Positions 46,421-59,620 of a stretch of 64,000 nucleotides of DNA are shown here, piece after piece; positions within the stretch are counted from its first letter, which is position 1; each line of letters starts with the position of its first letter. The stretch comes from Selaginella moellendorffii (Eukaryota; Plantae; Lycopodiophyta). The position numbers and the translations under genes are program-made. The stretch covers positions 1,332,659 through 1,396,658 of the forward strand of contig NW_003314279.1 of the NCBI RefSeq assembly GCF_000143415.4, written 5' to 3'. The notes under the pieces are model-generated. The model was not told the DNA's origin and did no database searches. It saw only the letters and a program-made list of their open reading frames with translations.

Positions 46421-49400
46421 ATGCCGCTAGTGAGATATGAGCTCCGTAGTGAGTATGAGCTCGCCAATCGAGAGCTCTACAGGTCGGCACCGAAAAATGA
46501 CCCGGAGGCGATCCTCGAGGGCGTCTCCATGGTCAGCCTCGTCGGCATTGTGAGGCAACTTGGAGATCTAGCAGAGTAAGAGTTCTTTCTCTCGGCTCTT
46601 CTCGGACTGACCACTTTTTTTGTGAATTTTCTCTCCAGGTTTGCGGCGGATGTGTTCCACGAGCTCCATGAAGCCGTCATGACGACTGCTTCCAGGAGCC
46701 ATGACCTCGTCGTGCGTGTTAGTCAGCTGGAAGGAGAATTGCCTGCGTTGGAGAAGGCTATACTATCTAGAAAGACGAATCCTCTCCAGTTTCCTTACGC
46801 TCCAGGTACTCCCGAGTTCTCTCCTTTTGTTTTCTAAAGCTCGAAAGGTGGAAACTGGATTGGATTGGCAGGTCTTGAGTGGCATGCAAGCATTCGAAAC
46901 GATCAAAACCTTTGCACGCAAGGCGACTTGCCTCGCTTTATCAGGAGTTCTTACGAGGAATGTCGGGGTCCTCCGAGGCTTTTTCTCTTGGACAAGTATG
47001 CAAATCAGATCTAGACTTCGTGACTCGGTATAAATTAGAATTTGACGCACGATCTCTTCTTCGTCTTCCAGGTTTGATGTCGGTGGTGTTGGAGCTTGCC
47101 TGAAGCGGTACACGGATCCATCGTTTTTTAAGATGGAATGGGCGAGCTCCGAAATTATGAAAGCGGAGAAGGCACAACAAGACAAAAAAGCTCGAAGAAG
47201 CAAAGTAAGTATTTTATGGAAATCTCGAAGTTTTGAAACATTTTTGCGTTTGCATGTGAAGAAACCTCGACGTCGGAAGGAAGGGGAGGTAAAAGACTCG
47301 AGGCCTCCCCCTGTCCAGTTTCAGCACCCGAGGTATCTCGCCTTCATCTTCGATCTATGAGAATTTTAACATGGTATTTAACAGGGCGCGATACTCAACT
47401 ATAAGCGTCTCTAGTGTCGATGGCCTATCTGAAAGCGCCACCACTCCCTTGACGAACATGGCCGTAGAGAGCGACCCATCCAGCAAGCCGTTTCCATTTG
47501 TCACTTTTCTGGGAGGATCACAGCAGAGCTCGAAGGAAAGCACAGTCAGCCTAAGCGGCAAGTCCCCCATGTCAGTAAGAAAATCAGTATCAAAGCCTGT
47601 GGCTGCGGCGGATAAAGAGGAAGAAGATCGGGTCTTTAAAGAGAACAGCAGCAAGACAATAGAGGGAGATACTGCGACGAGGAAGGAAGAAAAAGTTGAT
47701 GATGCTGCAAGTGACACGGAGCAATTTTTGGATGCCATGACGACCATGGAATCCGAGACAGATTCTGAACCAAGAGAGAAGCGGGGGCTTTCAAATTTTA
47801 GACAATCCAAGGTGGTGAGAACTAAGAAGGCAGAGAACGACGAAGACGCTCCTTTCGAAGATGCTAGAAACTTGGCAATCGATTCAGAGACCGAAGCTGA
47901 GTCCAAGTACAGCCTCGACTTAACACCGATTTCAGTAGAGCCTCGATCTCCAGTTCATCACGAGAACGTTCAACTAAGTTACGAAGTAATGAACGTAGAA
48001 AACGATGCGAAGGTGGATGTTGATAGGCCAGATGAAGTACCCGACCATCCAAACATTTCTGAAGACTTGAGGCTGGAATATGAAGACAGAGATTTGACCG
48101 ACGATGAAGGGGAGTATCCAGAGAAAGATCTGCCACCTGAGGATGAAAACAGGCTGGAATATCCAGAGGAGGAGGATTTTGAAGTTGAATCAAGAACCAC
48201 AGATATGAACGACGTCTTGGAATTGGAAAATGAAGAAAGGAAGCTACTTGAGCTTCATCAGGATAGCTCTGGCGTTGTCGAAGATGTAAACAGAGCAACC
48301 TCACCGGCGAAAGCGGCATCTCGTACCAGCATCGAAAAAGACGTGAATGAAGGTGATGATCTAGTGGATGAAGCAGCTTTGGCATCGGACAAGGACTACA
48401 TCGAAGAGAGCCCTGACGACGAAGGAGCTGCTCTCGAGTCCACAGAAATTTCTGACGCAGAAGTGGACAAGCAGAAGGCTGAAGAAACTGAAGAGCAGAA
48501 GATTACCTCGGAGCTGGAAGACGAGGAACCGTTCGATGTCGAAGTTATTCAAGTCATTGGAGATAATGGGGACACAAAGAAGGAAGTTGAATTCGAGCCA
48601 TTGCTTGCATCTGATGACGAGGGAACCATTGAAGACAACGAGAAAAGAGAAGACGAAGCAGACGATCATGGAGAACGTCTATCTGACACCAAAGCCAACG
48701 TTCATGAAATTGCTGATACTTCTGATGCTCCGCGGCAGACTGAAACAGTGACTCGGGAAGAATCAGCTAATTTTCTGGTTAGAGAGGACNNNNNNNNNNN
48801 NNNNNNNNNNNNNNNNNNNNNNNNNNNNNNNNNNNNNNNNNNNNNNNNNNNNNNNNNNNNNNNNNNNNNNNNNNNNNNNNNNNNNNNNNTGCGACAGAGG
48901 TGGCAGAGCAGGCGGTTTCAGGGCACAGTCGTGATACTAATGCTATCCAAGAGGATGAACTTGAGCAGCATATCATCGGTTTGGAAAACGTCCAAACAAA
49001 AGCAGCTCCCGCCCTTGAACGAAACGAAAGCTTGCAAGCGAGCAGTCCCATGGATGTTTTCGAGTCTGCAAGCAGCCAGGAAAACTTTTTCAGCGAGGAA
49101 ATCTCATCCAGGTTCAGTGCGTTTTCCGACGAGAACAACACCCCCAATAATGAATTGGAGGTCGAGGAACTTTACTCCATGCACGATGGGTACTCGGCAG
49201 ATGACGACTCAATGAGAAATGGTCATTCAGAAGCAGCATCGGAACTACATTGGACACCTGCGGGGTCTACTGCTCCAAGTGGAGATGGAAAGCTGGAAAT
49301 TCAACAACAGAACGAGGCAGAAAGAGATCTCAGCAAAGATGGGAAAGAGTCAGATGAACGTGAAGGTTCCACGGTGGACGTAAACCAGCAGCTTTTATCT

Positions 49401-52147
49401 CGACTTCACGATTTAAGTGCGCAACAACACGAGGACGAACTGGTACACAGTCTTCCCTCGGATGGTAAAGCGCAAGGAAACGAAATCGGCAATCATAAGG
49501 TGGACTCCGATGACGACAACGAGGTGGATCTCGAGCAAGACGTGGAAGAGCATCAACAACACGCTGAAAGCACTATTTCCAGCAGTCGTCAGCTGGAGGA
49601 AATCGAACGTCCCACAAGTCAACAAGCCTCTCCGAAGTTGCAAGCTTTTGACACCTCAAAGAGCGATGGCGATGCTATATGGGCAGCGGAAGACAACACG
49701 TCTGACAAGTCGGAGGAATCTTTGAGCTCCTCCCCAAGGTCTCCAGTTTTCGGCGTCCTGTCACCCGCTAAATCGGCAGACAGCCTTGAAAGCGAAGTTG
49801 CAACGATACTGGCGCCGAGTTCTCCAACGTCCCAGTCGATGCCGTCTCCAATGCCGGAAGAAATGCCACCGCTACCTCCACTGCCTCCACTAAGGTGGCG
49901 GACTTCGTTGTTCATGCCAAGGGACAGCGGACTATTCCAACGCGAGCCTCCAAGCTTGGAAGTTGGCGCTGGTGATCATCTCGCTTCAGCGCATGAGCCT
50001 CCTCCACAAGTATTGGTGGCGTCAGAGACTTCTCCATTCCAAGCTGTAGAGTCGCCGGAGCCTCAGCCACTGGAGGATACCATCGACAGGATTTCCTCAC
50101 AGCCAGAAACGTTAGTCGACAAGCCACTTCCAGATTTACACTTGCCGGATCCGGAGCCACCTTCACAACCTTCCAGCTTCTTGTCACGGTCAATCGACGT
50201 GGACAATTTGGAACAACATCCAAGCTCGCAAAGCTTGGCCAACAAAAATATTTCAAACGACGATCCAGCTGATGCCATTCCTGTGTCTACAATGGATGAG
50301 TTTCGGGAAGAGGCTGAATCGCAAGAGCCGAGTGATCCAGAAACATCTCCTAGGACTGTCCCGTTGACGGTGGCTGACGTACCTCCAGCGCTACTCGTTG
50401 ACGACAGCCAGTCGCTCGCAGCAACAGGCTTGTCTCATCCGGATGACAAAACTTGTCCCGATGCAGCAGTGCACGAATCCTTGGTGCCACCTCCAGCCGA
50501 CGACAATGAGGTGCCTACAATTGCATCAGCCAGAGAAGATTTGTCACATCTCGACGACAGTCAACCGCTTATGGAAGTTTCGGTGTTCGCTCCCGCTTCA
50601 CCGCTCACGGAACAGCTCCCCGGTCCAGGACCTGTGGCAGAAGCTCGCGGCCTGCCAGAATCATCGCTCCCACCTCAATGTCACTCGCCTACAGATGCTA
50701 GCGAATCTCCACAAGCTCCTTCGTCACCAAGAACTATAGACGACTTGCGGGAAGCGTCTGTGCCACCTCAAAGCCACTCGCCAGGAACTATCGACGACTT
50801 GCGAGAAGTGTCCGTGCCACCTCTCAGTCACTCGCCTACAGCTGCTAGAGATTCTCCACAAGCTCCTTGGTCGCCAGGAACTATAGACGACTTGCGGGAA
50901 GCGTCTGTGCCACCCCAAAGCCACTCGCCAGGAACTATCGACGACTTGCGAGAAGTGTCCGTGCCACCTCTCAGTCACTCGCCTACAGCTGCTAGAGATT
51001 CTCCACAAGCTCCTTGGTCGCCAGGAACTATAGACGACTTGCGGGAAGCGTCTGTGCCACCTCAAAGCCACTCGCCAGGAACTATCGACGACTTGCGAGA
51101 AGTGTCCGTGCCACCTCTCAGTTACTCGCCTACAGCTGCTAGAGATTCTCCACAAGCTCCTTGGTCGCCAGGAACTATAGACAACTTGCAAGAAGTGTCC
51201 GTGCCACCTCAAAGCCACTGGCCTACAGCTGCTAAAGAATCTCCACGAGCTCCTTCGTCACCAGGAACTATAGACGACGTGCGAGAAGTGTCCGTGCCAC
51301 CTCGTAGCCCGTCCCCGACAAAGGAGTTCCCAGACGCATCCTCGCCAGTTCAAGCTGCTCAAACTCAACCTCAGTCGCCTGTACGAACAGAAGTATCCAT
51401 ACCATTACAGGGCCCGGAGTCGTTCACGGCGTCAAGGGACTCGCCAGAGGCACTCGTGCCACATCCAGTAGGAGAGCAGTCGGTGGATCCACCAGAGGTT
51501 TTGAAGTCACCTCCATCTCGTCCTGTCGATGACAGCCCGACACCCCCACCACTACGAGGCAATCTGGACGAGGAGCCAGAAACTTTTCCAGCTGATGCGC
51601 CATCACCCTCCAGGAAAGATTTGCCGGGTGATGCTCTGATACAAGCAATCTCCGTGCATGACAGGACCAAGGTAACGTGCAATCACGGGAAGCGTCGTAC
51701 CTATGCTGATGGTTTGCTATATGTCACAGCTCAAGAGGGTGCCGTCGGACGTCCCGGGTGTGCCAAAAGCTCCTGACGAACGGGAAGTTTTGCTGGAGCA
51801 AATCCGTTCCCAGGTAAACATGATTGCACTTGAACTTTCTCTGTTTTCTATTCTTTTCTTCTGCTATCTCGTTGTTTGTTTGCTGAGCTACAAGTCGCTC
51901 GTCTGCATGTTTCACAGTCCTTCAACCTCCGGCACACGATCGTAGAGAAGAAGGAAATCAAGGAGACGACCCCGCGTCTTGTCACAAACATTAACGTGGC
52001 TGCCATCCTGGAGAAAGCAAACGCGATCAGACAGGTACTCTTTCTACGGTTTGCTCTTGTTTTCACTGGAGAGGTTCTCAAATCATGGTTAATCTCTTGC
52101 AGTCTCTCGCGGACAGTGAAGACGAGGAAGACGATTGGAGCGAGTGA
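46421..52147 (+). CDS. SCAR: SCAR/WAVE family ARP2/3 activator (SHD, long acidic/Pro-rich middle, WH2-C-A), spans a gap
   Basis: [12 protein letters not shown]...[26 protein letters not shown]|[26 protein letters not shown]|[44 protein letters not shown]|[17 protein letters not shown], acidic DDWSE*. Confidence 0.95.
50660..51305 (+). repeat. In-frame 147 bp (49 aa) tandem repeat inside SCAR
   Basis: gaactatagac anchors at 50731, 50878, 51025 and 51172. Each unit is a 54 bp plus a 93 bp subunit, both starting TIDDLRE. Confidence 0.92.
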
Positions 52148-54472
52148 CGTTCGCTACTTTGGTAAGGCCTCCTTGTTTTATCTGTGAATATGTTATACAT
52201 ATATGTTCTTTGGTCAAGCGCTTCCAATTGGAAGAACTCTTGACGGATCCAAAATTCTATCGCAACATTGCAACGTTCCAAAGGAGGGTCAAAGTTTACG
52301 CCAGAGATTCTTCGATGTTCTCTTTTTCCCGGTGGACTGTCGCTTTTAACTCTGGATTTCCCTTGTCTCGCGTTGTCTAGGAGAATGAGATTCATCGTCC
52401 TACAAAGATGATTATGGTCGAGAACGTACAAGAAAGGAAAACGTTAACAACTTTGTGAATCACACGGGAAATACATAACACTCGAGCGCAGTAAACATAA
52501 ACGCGTCCCTGCCACTCCAGCTTAGAAAGAAGGCTACCATCACCACGGCGCTCGACTTAAAGCCACTTACTTCCAAGCGCCTCCTTTTGCCTCTGGAAAG
52601 ATTTTTCGCCTCTGGAAAGAACAGGACGTTGATTCTTACTCGTTCCTGAGGCCGGTGGAAATCTTCCTCAAAACCAGAGTCCCCAAGGAGAGAAAGATAA
52701 ATCCCGGCGTACTTCACAGCGGTCGACCGTAGCGATACATTTAAGGAAGGCTGCCTGTGCGAAGTCTCTTGCCAGGAGGCCCCTGTTCTTGCGAGGTCTA
52801 CCATTTTTTTTTCCTTTTTGTTCTTGCGCTCTTGTCTTGTCAAGATGGAAGCGTAAATGCTGCTGGTGACGAAAAGACCAGCATAACCACCACTGGTAGA
52901 TAGCTCCCTAAGCTACGAAGGCCCCAGAAGAGCTTTGCCATTCTCCAGCAAGCAAGAGAAAAACCGATTTTTTTTAGCTGATCACGAAAGAAAGAGATCA
53001 AGAGAAAACATTTTAAAACAGTACCTGAAAAATGCGATGCCACCGTATCCGTGCGGGAGGATTTGTTTTCGGGTTGGCGTGGCCATCGTGATGCTAGTAG
53101 GCTGTCTATCATCTTTCTTTTCGTGTATGGATCCCAGCAACACGGTGTTTCGATCTAGTTTTCAAATACAAGTTAGCTAGCACATTTAAAACAATCTTGT
53201 CCCTGTAGCGTAGAACACTGTGTTTGTTTCTTGTATAGAAATCCCGAGTTAGCTCGCATGGAGACACCAGATCTAAAGCAATCTCGTACCTGTACTGTAG
53301 AACATCTTATATGGCTCTCGTACTGCGATTGGCGGAGCGTTTCGGTGCAGTGGCTGGCCGGAACGCCAACCCTCCGTGTACACACTGCGGCCTGGAAAGA
53401 ACAACACAGCTATGTCTCCGGACCATGATTGGAATTGTTGTGGTGAAAATCATTCAATTTGGAATTGCCTTTAGCATTTCCAAATCGCTAAAGGCAAATT
53501 CCTTGTCTTCCATCCAAGCACTGTAGCGTAATATATAGCGTTGAATGAAGGAGCTTCGTCTCGTCCCTGGAAGAAGGAAGAGACAAGAAAACGAATATTA
53601 GTAATGCCATCCACTCTAATCCCGGAAAGAAACCATGCCTCGGTTTCTATGGTTTCCAGTCCCGCTAATTCCCACCACTTACCAGAAACCACGGGCGACG
53701 ATAGCGAGTCACGACGATGGAGAGGAGTTGAATAGGACTGCAGTAGAGAGCGAGTGAGTGACCACCAAGAATAGAGTAAAATGTAAATGGCTTACGGACA
53801 GAAGGAGTCACATCTTTGGCAGCTCAAGTTGAATGCTCCTGCTCCTGTGCGCTTGCCGTCCATCCATGATCCATCCATCCCTTCAATCTCTTTCCTTCGC
53901 CATTTGTTGCATTAAGCTTTGGCAATTTGTAAGTTCAGTTCATCCTCCCCTTCGTCTTGTTAGCCGTGTCGCTAATCTCGCTGGCCTGCCTGACCGACGG
54001 CCTCGCTCCAACATTTATATCCTTGCATATTTTTCTCTTTTCTTTCTTCCGCTTTGCTTGCCATCCCACGCTCTAGAGCAATCTGTTCACTGTGATGGGA
54101 ATTGCCGTGCGCCGACTGCTGGAATTTGGTGACAGCAACCCCTGCAGCAACATAAAGCTCTCCTCAGCCAGGGCGGGATATAACACAATGGAAAAAGAAA
54201 GGAAAGGAAGAGAGGAATTCAAACCTGTTGAGTTGCGGGAAGTGTAGTTATGGCATAGATAGCAGAGCTGGGCAGACGTAGCAGCAGCTGCAGACAAACA
54301 GCTTGTTGCCTTCGTTTGAAGTGTCCATTGCTTTCAGAGCCAGATGAGGGGATTAAAGTCCGTCCTCCCCTCCCCCCCTTGATCATGTTAACCACCTGCT
54401 GTTTGGTAGGCTCGCCCGGAATATGAAATAAGAAGGCCTTCTCCTCGGTCAAACTCTTCCAAAAGAGAGCTC

Positions 54473-57400
54473 ATGTTGTCTACAGCACCAATCCACGAGC
54501 ACGCTGCTAAGTTGCTACTGCTTCTCGTCGTCGCTTTTGTTCTTCCGCAAGTCAATAATGCGACCACCGCCGCCACCATCGCTGTTGCCTCCGAGCCGCA
54601 AATCCTCTTGAGCTTCAAGGCCAGCATTTCCGATCCGCTTGGTCACCTCGGAGACTGGCAGCTCCCTCAGAATGGCTCTTCCTCCTTTGAGCATTGTTCC
54701 TGGTCCGGAGTGTCGTGCGATTCGATTTCTCGGTCTGTCACAGGCTTGGACCTCCAAAGTCGAAACTTATCCGGAGCGCTCGACTCGACGGTTTGCAATC
54801 TCCCCGGCCTGGCTTCTCTGTCGCTCAGTGACAACAACTTCACGCAGCTCTTCCCTGTCGGCCTCTACAGCTGCAAAAATCTCGTCTTCCTGGACCTCAG
54901 CTACAACAACTTCTTCGGCCCCTTGCCGGACAACATCTCGTCCCTGCGCTCCTTGGAGTATCTCGACCTCGAGTACAATGCTTTCACAGGTCCCATGCCG
55001 GACGACATCGGGAATCTGTCGCAGCTCCAATACTTCAACGTGTGGGAGTGCCTTCTCACGACGATATCCCCGGCACTGGGAAAGCTCTCCAGGCTCACCA
55101 ATCTCACGCTCTCCTACAATCCTTTCACCACGCCCTTGCCACCAGAGCTTCGCCACCTCAAGAGCCTCCAGTCCCTCAAGTGTGGCGGCTGTCAGCTCAC
55201 AGGCAGCATTCCCGACTGGCTTGGAGAGCTGAAAAATCTCGACTTTCTGGAGCTGACATGGAATTCTCTGTCGGGCATCATTCCATCTTCCATAATGCAC
55301 CTCCCAAAACTCACATCCCTGGAACTCTACAGCAACAAGCTCACAGGCCCCATTCCTTCCGAGGTGGAGTTCCTGGTGTCGCTCACGGACCTCGACCTCA
55401 ACAGCAACTTTCTCAATGGCTCCATTCCGGACACGCTTGCGAAAATTCCCAATCTTGGACTCCTCCACCTCTGGAACAATAGTCTCACCGGAGAGATCCC
55501 CCAAGGCCTGGCCCGTCTGAGTAAGTTATACGACCTCTCCCTGTTTGGCAACCAGCTCACAGGTATCATACCGGCCGAGCTAGGACTTCACACCAGTCTC
55601 GAGATATTCGACGTCTCCACAAATCTTCTCACCGGAGCGGTTCCAAGCGGCTTGTGCACCGGGGGTCGACTTCAAAAGCTTATCTTCTTCAACAACAGCC
55701 TTTCTGGAGGAATCCCGTCGGCCTACGAAGACTGCGAGTCCCTCGTTCGTGTCCGAATGTATCACAACAAGCTGTCTGGAGCGCTTCCGAGCGGGATGTG
55801 GGGACTGCCTCGTATGACCATCTTGGAAATTTACGACAACAACTTCCAAGGCTCGGTGCCGCCGCAGCTCGGGCATGCCACTAATCTCGAAACGTTGAGA
55901 ATCCACAACAACAAGTTGACCGGAACGATTCCCACGGACATTGACAAGCTGCAAGTACTGGATGAGTTCACGGCATATGGAAATAAACTCTCAGGTACTA
56001 TACCGGACAATCTGTGTAAGTGCTCCTCGATGTCAAAATTGCTGCTGGGATCAAACCAGTTGGAAGGAGAAATTCCAAGCAACATCGGGGACTTGAGCAG
56101 CCTTGCCATCCTCGACTTGTCCAACAATCACCTGTCCGGTTCCATACCACCGTCGATCGTAAAGATGGTGTCACTCAACTCGCTGGACCTCTCCAGGAAC
56201 AACTTCAGCGGCGACATTCCTCCGGTGCTGACCAGAATGAGGCTCAAAGATTTCCTGCTCTTCAACGTCTCGTATAACGACTTTTCCGGAGTGCTTCCAC
56301 AAGCACTGGACGTCCCCATGTTCAACTCGAGTTTCATAGGCAATCCCAAGCTTTGCGTCGGGGCTCCCTGGTCTTTGAGGAGGTCCATGGACTGCCAAGC
56401 GGATTCCTCTAGACTCCGCAAACAGCCTGGCATGATGGCCTGGATAGCAGGAAGTGTTCTTGCGTCGGCAGCGGCAGCGTCAGCCCTCTGCTCATACTAT
56501 CTGTACAAAAGATGCCATCAGCCATCGAAAACGAGGGACGGGTGCAAGGAGGAGCCATGGACAATGACCCCGTTCCAGAAACTCACGTTCACGATGGACG
56601 ACGTTTTGAGATCGTTGGACGAAGACAATGTCATCGGCAGCGGAGGTGCTGGAAAAGTTTACAAGGCAACGTTAAAGAGCAACAACGAGTGTAGCCACCT
56701 CGCAATAAAAAAGCTGTGGTCCTGTGACAAAGCGGAGATCCGGAACGACTACGGCTTCAAAACTGAGGTTAACATCCTGGGAAGAATTCGACACTTCAAC
56801 ATCGTTAGGCTTCTCTGCTGCTGCTCGAATGGAGAAACCAACCTGTTAGTATATGAGTACGTACCAAATGGCAGCTTGGGCGACGCCCTGCACCACCCCA
56901 GCACAAAAATCTCCGGAGTTCTCGACTGGCCAGCTCGGTACAGGATTGCTCTCGGCGCAGCACAGGGGCTCTCGTATTTGCACCACGACTGCGTTCCGGC
57001 CATCCTCCATCGTGATATCAAGTCGAACAACATCCTTCTCAGCGACGAGTACGACGCACTACTAGCTGACTTTGGCATCGCAAAGCTCGTCGGGAGCAAC
57101 TCCTCCACCGAGTTCTCGATGTCGGTCCTTGCAGGATCTCATGGCTACATTGCACCCGGTACGTATCTTTAGTCACATAGCATTCTTCGCATTTTTCAAG
57201 AGAACTTCAACATCCAAATGCATAGCATTCTCTCCTCATTTTTCTTTCTCTCTCTCTCTCTCTCTCTCTCGTGCATTGCAAGCTATTTCATTTTTCTCCT
57301 CCTTTTTTCCATTTTTCTCCTCCTCTTTCCGTTTTTTTTCATTCCCGTTATGCAGGCAAGAAAGAAAAGCAAGAGAATAGATCACGCATTTCATTCCAGT

Positions 57401-57813
57401 AGCATCACCAAGAAGCACAGGGAAAAAGAAAGAGCTAATGCTTGTGCTTACCATTTATTTTGGCAGAGTACGCCCACCGGATGAAAGTGAACGAGAAGAG
57501 CGACGTCTACAGCTTCGGCGTCGTGCTGCTAGAGCTCGTCACGGGCAAGAAGCCGGTCGGAAGCCCTGAATTCGGCGACAACGGCGTGGACATCGTCACC
57601 TGGGCGTGCAACAGCATCCAATCCAAGCAGGGCGTCGACGCCGTCATCGATCCCCGCCTCTCGCCCGCGATCTGCCGCCAGCGCGATCTCCTCCTCGTCC
57701 TCAAGATCGCCCTGCGCTGCACCAATGCCCTAGCCTCCTCCCGCCCATCCATGCGCGACGTGGTGCAAATGCTCCTGGATGCCCACCCCGGTTCGAATCC
57801 CCCCAAAAAGTAA
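54473..57813 (+). CDS. LRR receptor-like kinase, LRR-XI (HAESA/HSL-like), 2 exons
   Basis: Signal peptide, HCSWSGVSC cap, about 20 LRRs, TM, WTMTPFQKL, IGSGGAGKVYK, HRDIKSNN, DFG, GSHGYIAP|EYAHRMKVNEKSDVYSFGVVLLELVTG. Confidence 0.96.
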
Positions 57814-57891
57814 AGAATATGCGCACGCATCTTTACAGAACATTCCTTTCCGAAAGAAGGTATCTTACAGACATAGTAGCAAAGTGGATGT

Positions 57892-58437
57892 CTAGATGAT
57901 CAAACCAAGCTCCCGCAAGAGACCCTCGTCCTTTAACAGGAACTTGGATGCTCTCGCTGGGCAGGCCCTGTTCTTACACTTGTATCGCGGCTGGGAGATC
58001 TTCCTGTTGTTGAAATCGCAGAAACTGGAGGGCTCGCCACAGGTCTTGCAGGGCGGATTGATCGATCGAGCGCGCTCGAAATCCCAGCTGTCGGGAAGGC
58101 CCCAATGGACGGGCGTGAACGGCGGATGGTTCTCTCCCCCAGGGGGCCGCCCCCTCTTCCTCTTCTTCACTGCCGGAGGGATCGCCGGCCGATAACCGCG
58201 AGCTTGATCCGGATCATCCTCAAACATCGCGGTGGGCGCTGGACGCGCGGGCGCTACCAAAGGCTTGATCTTCTCCTCCCGTGGCCTGGAAGCTGGAGGC
58301 GCGGGCGCTGCCAAACGCTGAATCTTCTCCTCTCGTGTCCTGGAAGCCGAGCGCCCCGGAAGCGATGGTGGATTTGGGGGAAGCTCGAGTGGCGGAGGCT
58401 CGTCGAGCTCCAGATAATCGGAGACCTCCCTGATCAT
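57892..58437 (-). CDS. Small Pro-rich protein with AT-hook-like motif and divergent Dof-like C4 zinc finger
   Basis: 181 aa ORF: KKRKRGRPP, then CKTCGEPSSFCDFNNRKISQPRYKCKNRAC. (TA)n run at 58505-58521 and telo-box aaaccctaa at 58490 upstream; a paralog at 61729 keeps the four Cys. Confidence 0.65.
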   Translation of the reverse strand: MIREVSDYLELDEPPPLELPPNPPSLPGRSASRTREEKIQRLAAPAPPASRPREEKIKPLVAPARPAPTAMFEDDPDQARGYRPAIPPAVKKRKRGRPPGGENHPPFTPVHWGLPDSWDFERARSINPPCKTCGEPSSFCDFNNRKISQPRYKCKNRACPARASKFLLKDEGLLRELGLII

Positions 58438-59524
58438 CGGGGAACACTGCTTCGCAACCCTGGACGAGATCCCACTTCGACCGTTGTGGAAACCCTAACC
58501 CTCGATATATATATATATATACCCAGCGTTTTAAAGGTGGTTTCTATTTCAATTTTAAAGATAAAACGGTTTAAGAAAATGTATTGAATAAAGTTTGTCT
58601 TTATCAAGTGTCCACCCTAATGTGGCTGCTTCATTCAGCACTTTTTCCGTGGTCCAGATTTCGTTTGGGTTTTTTAACGGACAAGATTTTTTTTAATAAC
58701 CATGCACAATTAAATTCTTTTGCTTTAATAAAAGTTTACCATATGATTGTGAACAATATCAAATGGTATAGTGTACGTTTTAATGTTTAATCACTTCAAA
58801 TATTAGTAGTTTGTTATAATTTACATGCTTTTCTTCGGGTCCAAGAATTAATAAATACAAAAGCTGAGCTTGGAAATCGCTCCTGCTGGGACTTCTTGAC
58901 ACCCTTGGGAGCCTCCTAAATAGATCATACGCTGGTCTTGAGGGCCATGCCAAAATGTTGTCATACTTTCCAATCCCAAGTTCGTCTTCTTTTGCTTGGA
59001 GCCTGATAACCCAGGCCACGGAAGAATTGAAAAGCAAGACTCACTGAAATGCTGGCTGTTCCCGAGACACCCTTCACCACCTTCCTCTCCCGCATAGTGT
59101 CTCCTTTAACGTGAGCAGTCACGGCATAGAGCACTGTCTCCCGGGTCCGCTCACCACAACGTCTACCAGATTATTCGAATTATACCTTGTATTGTGCATC
59201 TTCTCTATGATAAAAGAGGATAAAGCATACGAGAGATTACAACATTTTAACAGAAAAGACTAAACTAATACTGATAATACACCCTAAAAGAAAGATAGAT
59301 ACCTGAAATTATAATTAATTGTTGTAATTATAATTAAACAGATGACATTGGTTATGATGAGAAAGATTAATGCAATTAGAAAGGTTACAAGGTGGTGACT
59401 TTAAATGCAAATCTTACTGAGAATACAGAATTGATAATGATAAGGTTCTTACCTTTGGAAATAAACACCACATACCTACTATACATTGGCCACATACAAA
59501 GCACATAAACGTAAATTCATATGC

Positions 59525-59620
59525 GACCCCAGGTTTAACACCGGCAATGGCGTGTACGAGCTAGGCTGTGGACTTGACAAGATAGTCATGTCATGGGGCC
59601 ATGACGAGTATCTGTATCAG
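59525..59620 (+). pseudogene. MIOX: Isolated myo-inositol oxygenase exon fragment
   Basis: DPRFNTGNGVYELGCGLDKIVMSWGHDEYLYQ followed by a GT donor; no other MIOX exons recognised in the window. Confidence 0.8.

Noticed and set aside
48790-48900. Apparent frameshift in SCAR
   Set aside because: Caused by a 100-N placeholder gap of unknown true length.
50731-51300. CRISPR-like regular repeats
   Set aside because: Units are contiguous, in frame and lack unique spacers; this is a coding tandem repeat in a eukaryotic gene.
52400-54400. Short ORFs between SCAR and the RLK
   Set aside because: No conserved motifs or convincing exon structure; treated as intergenic/promoter.
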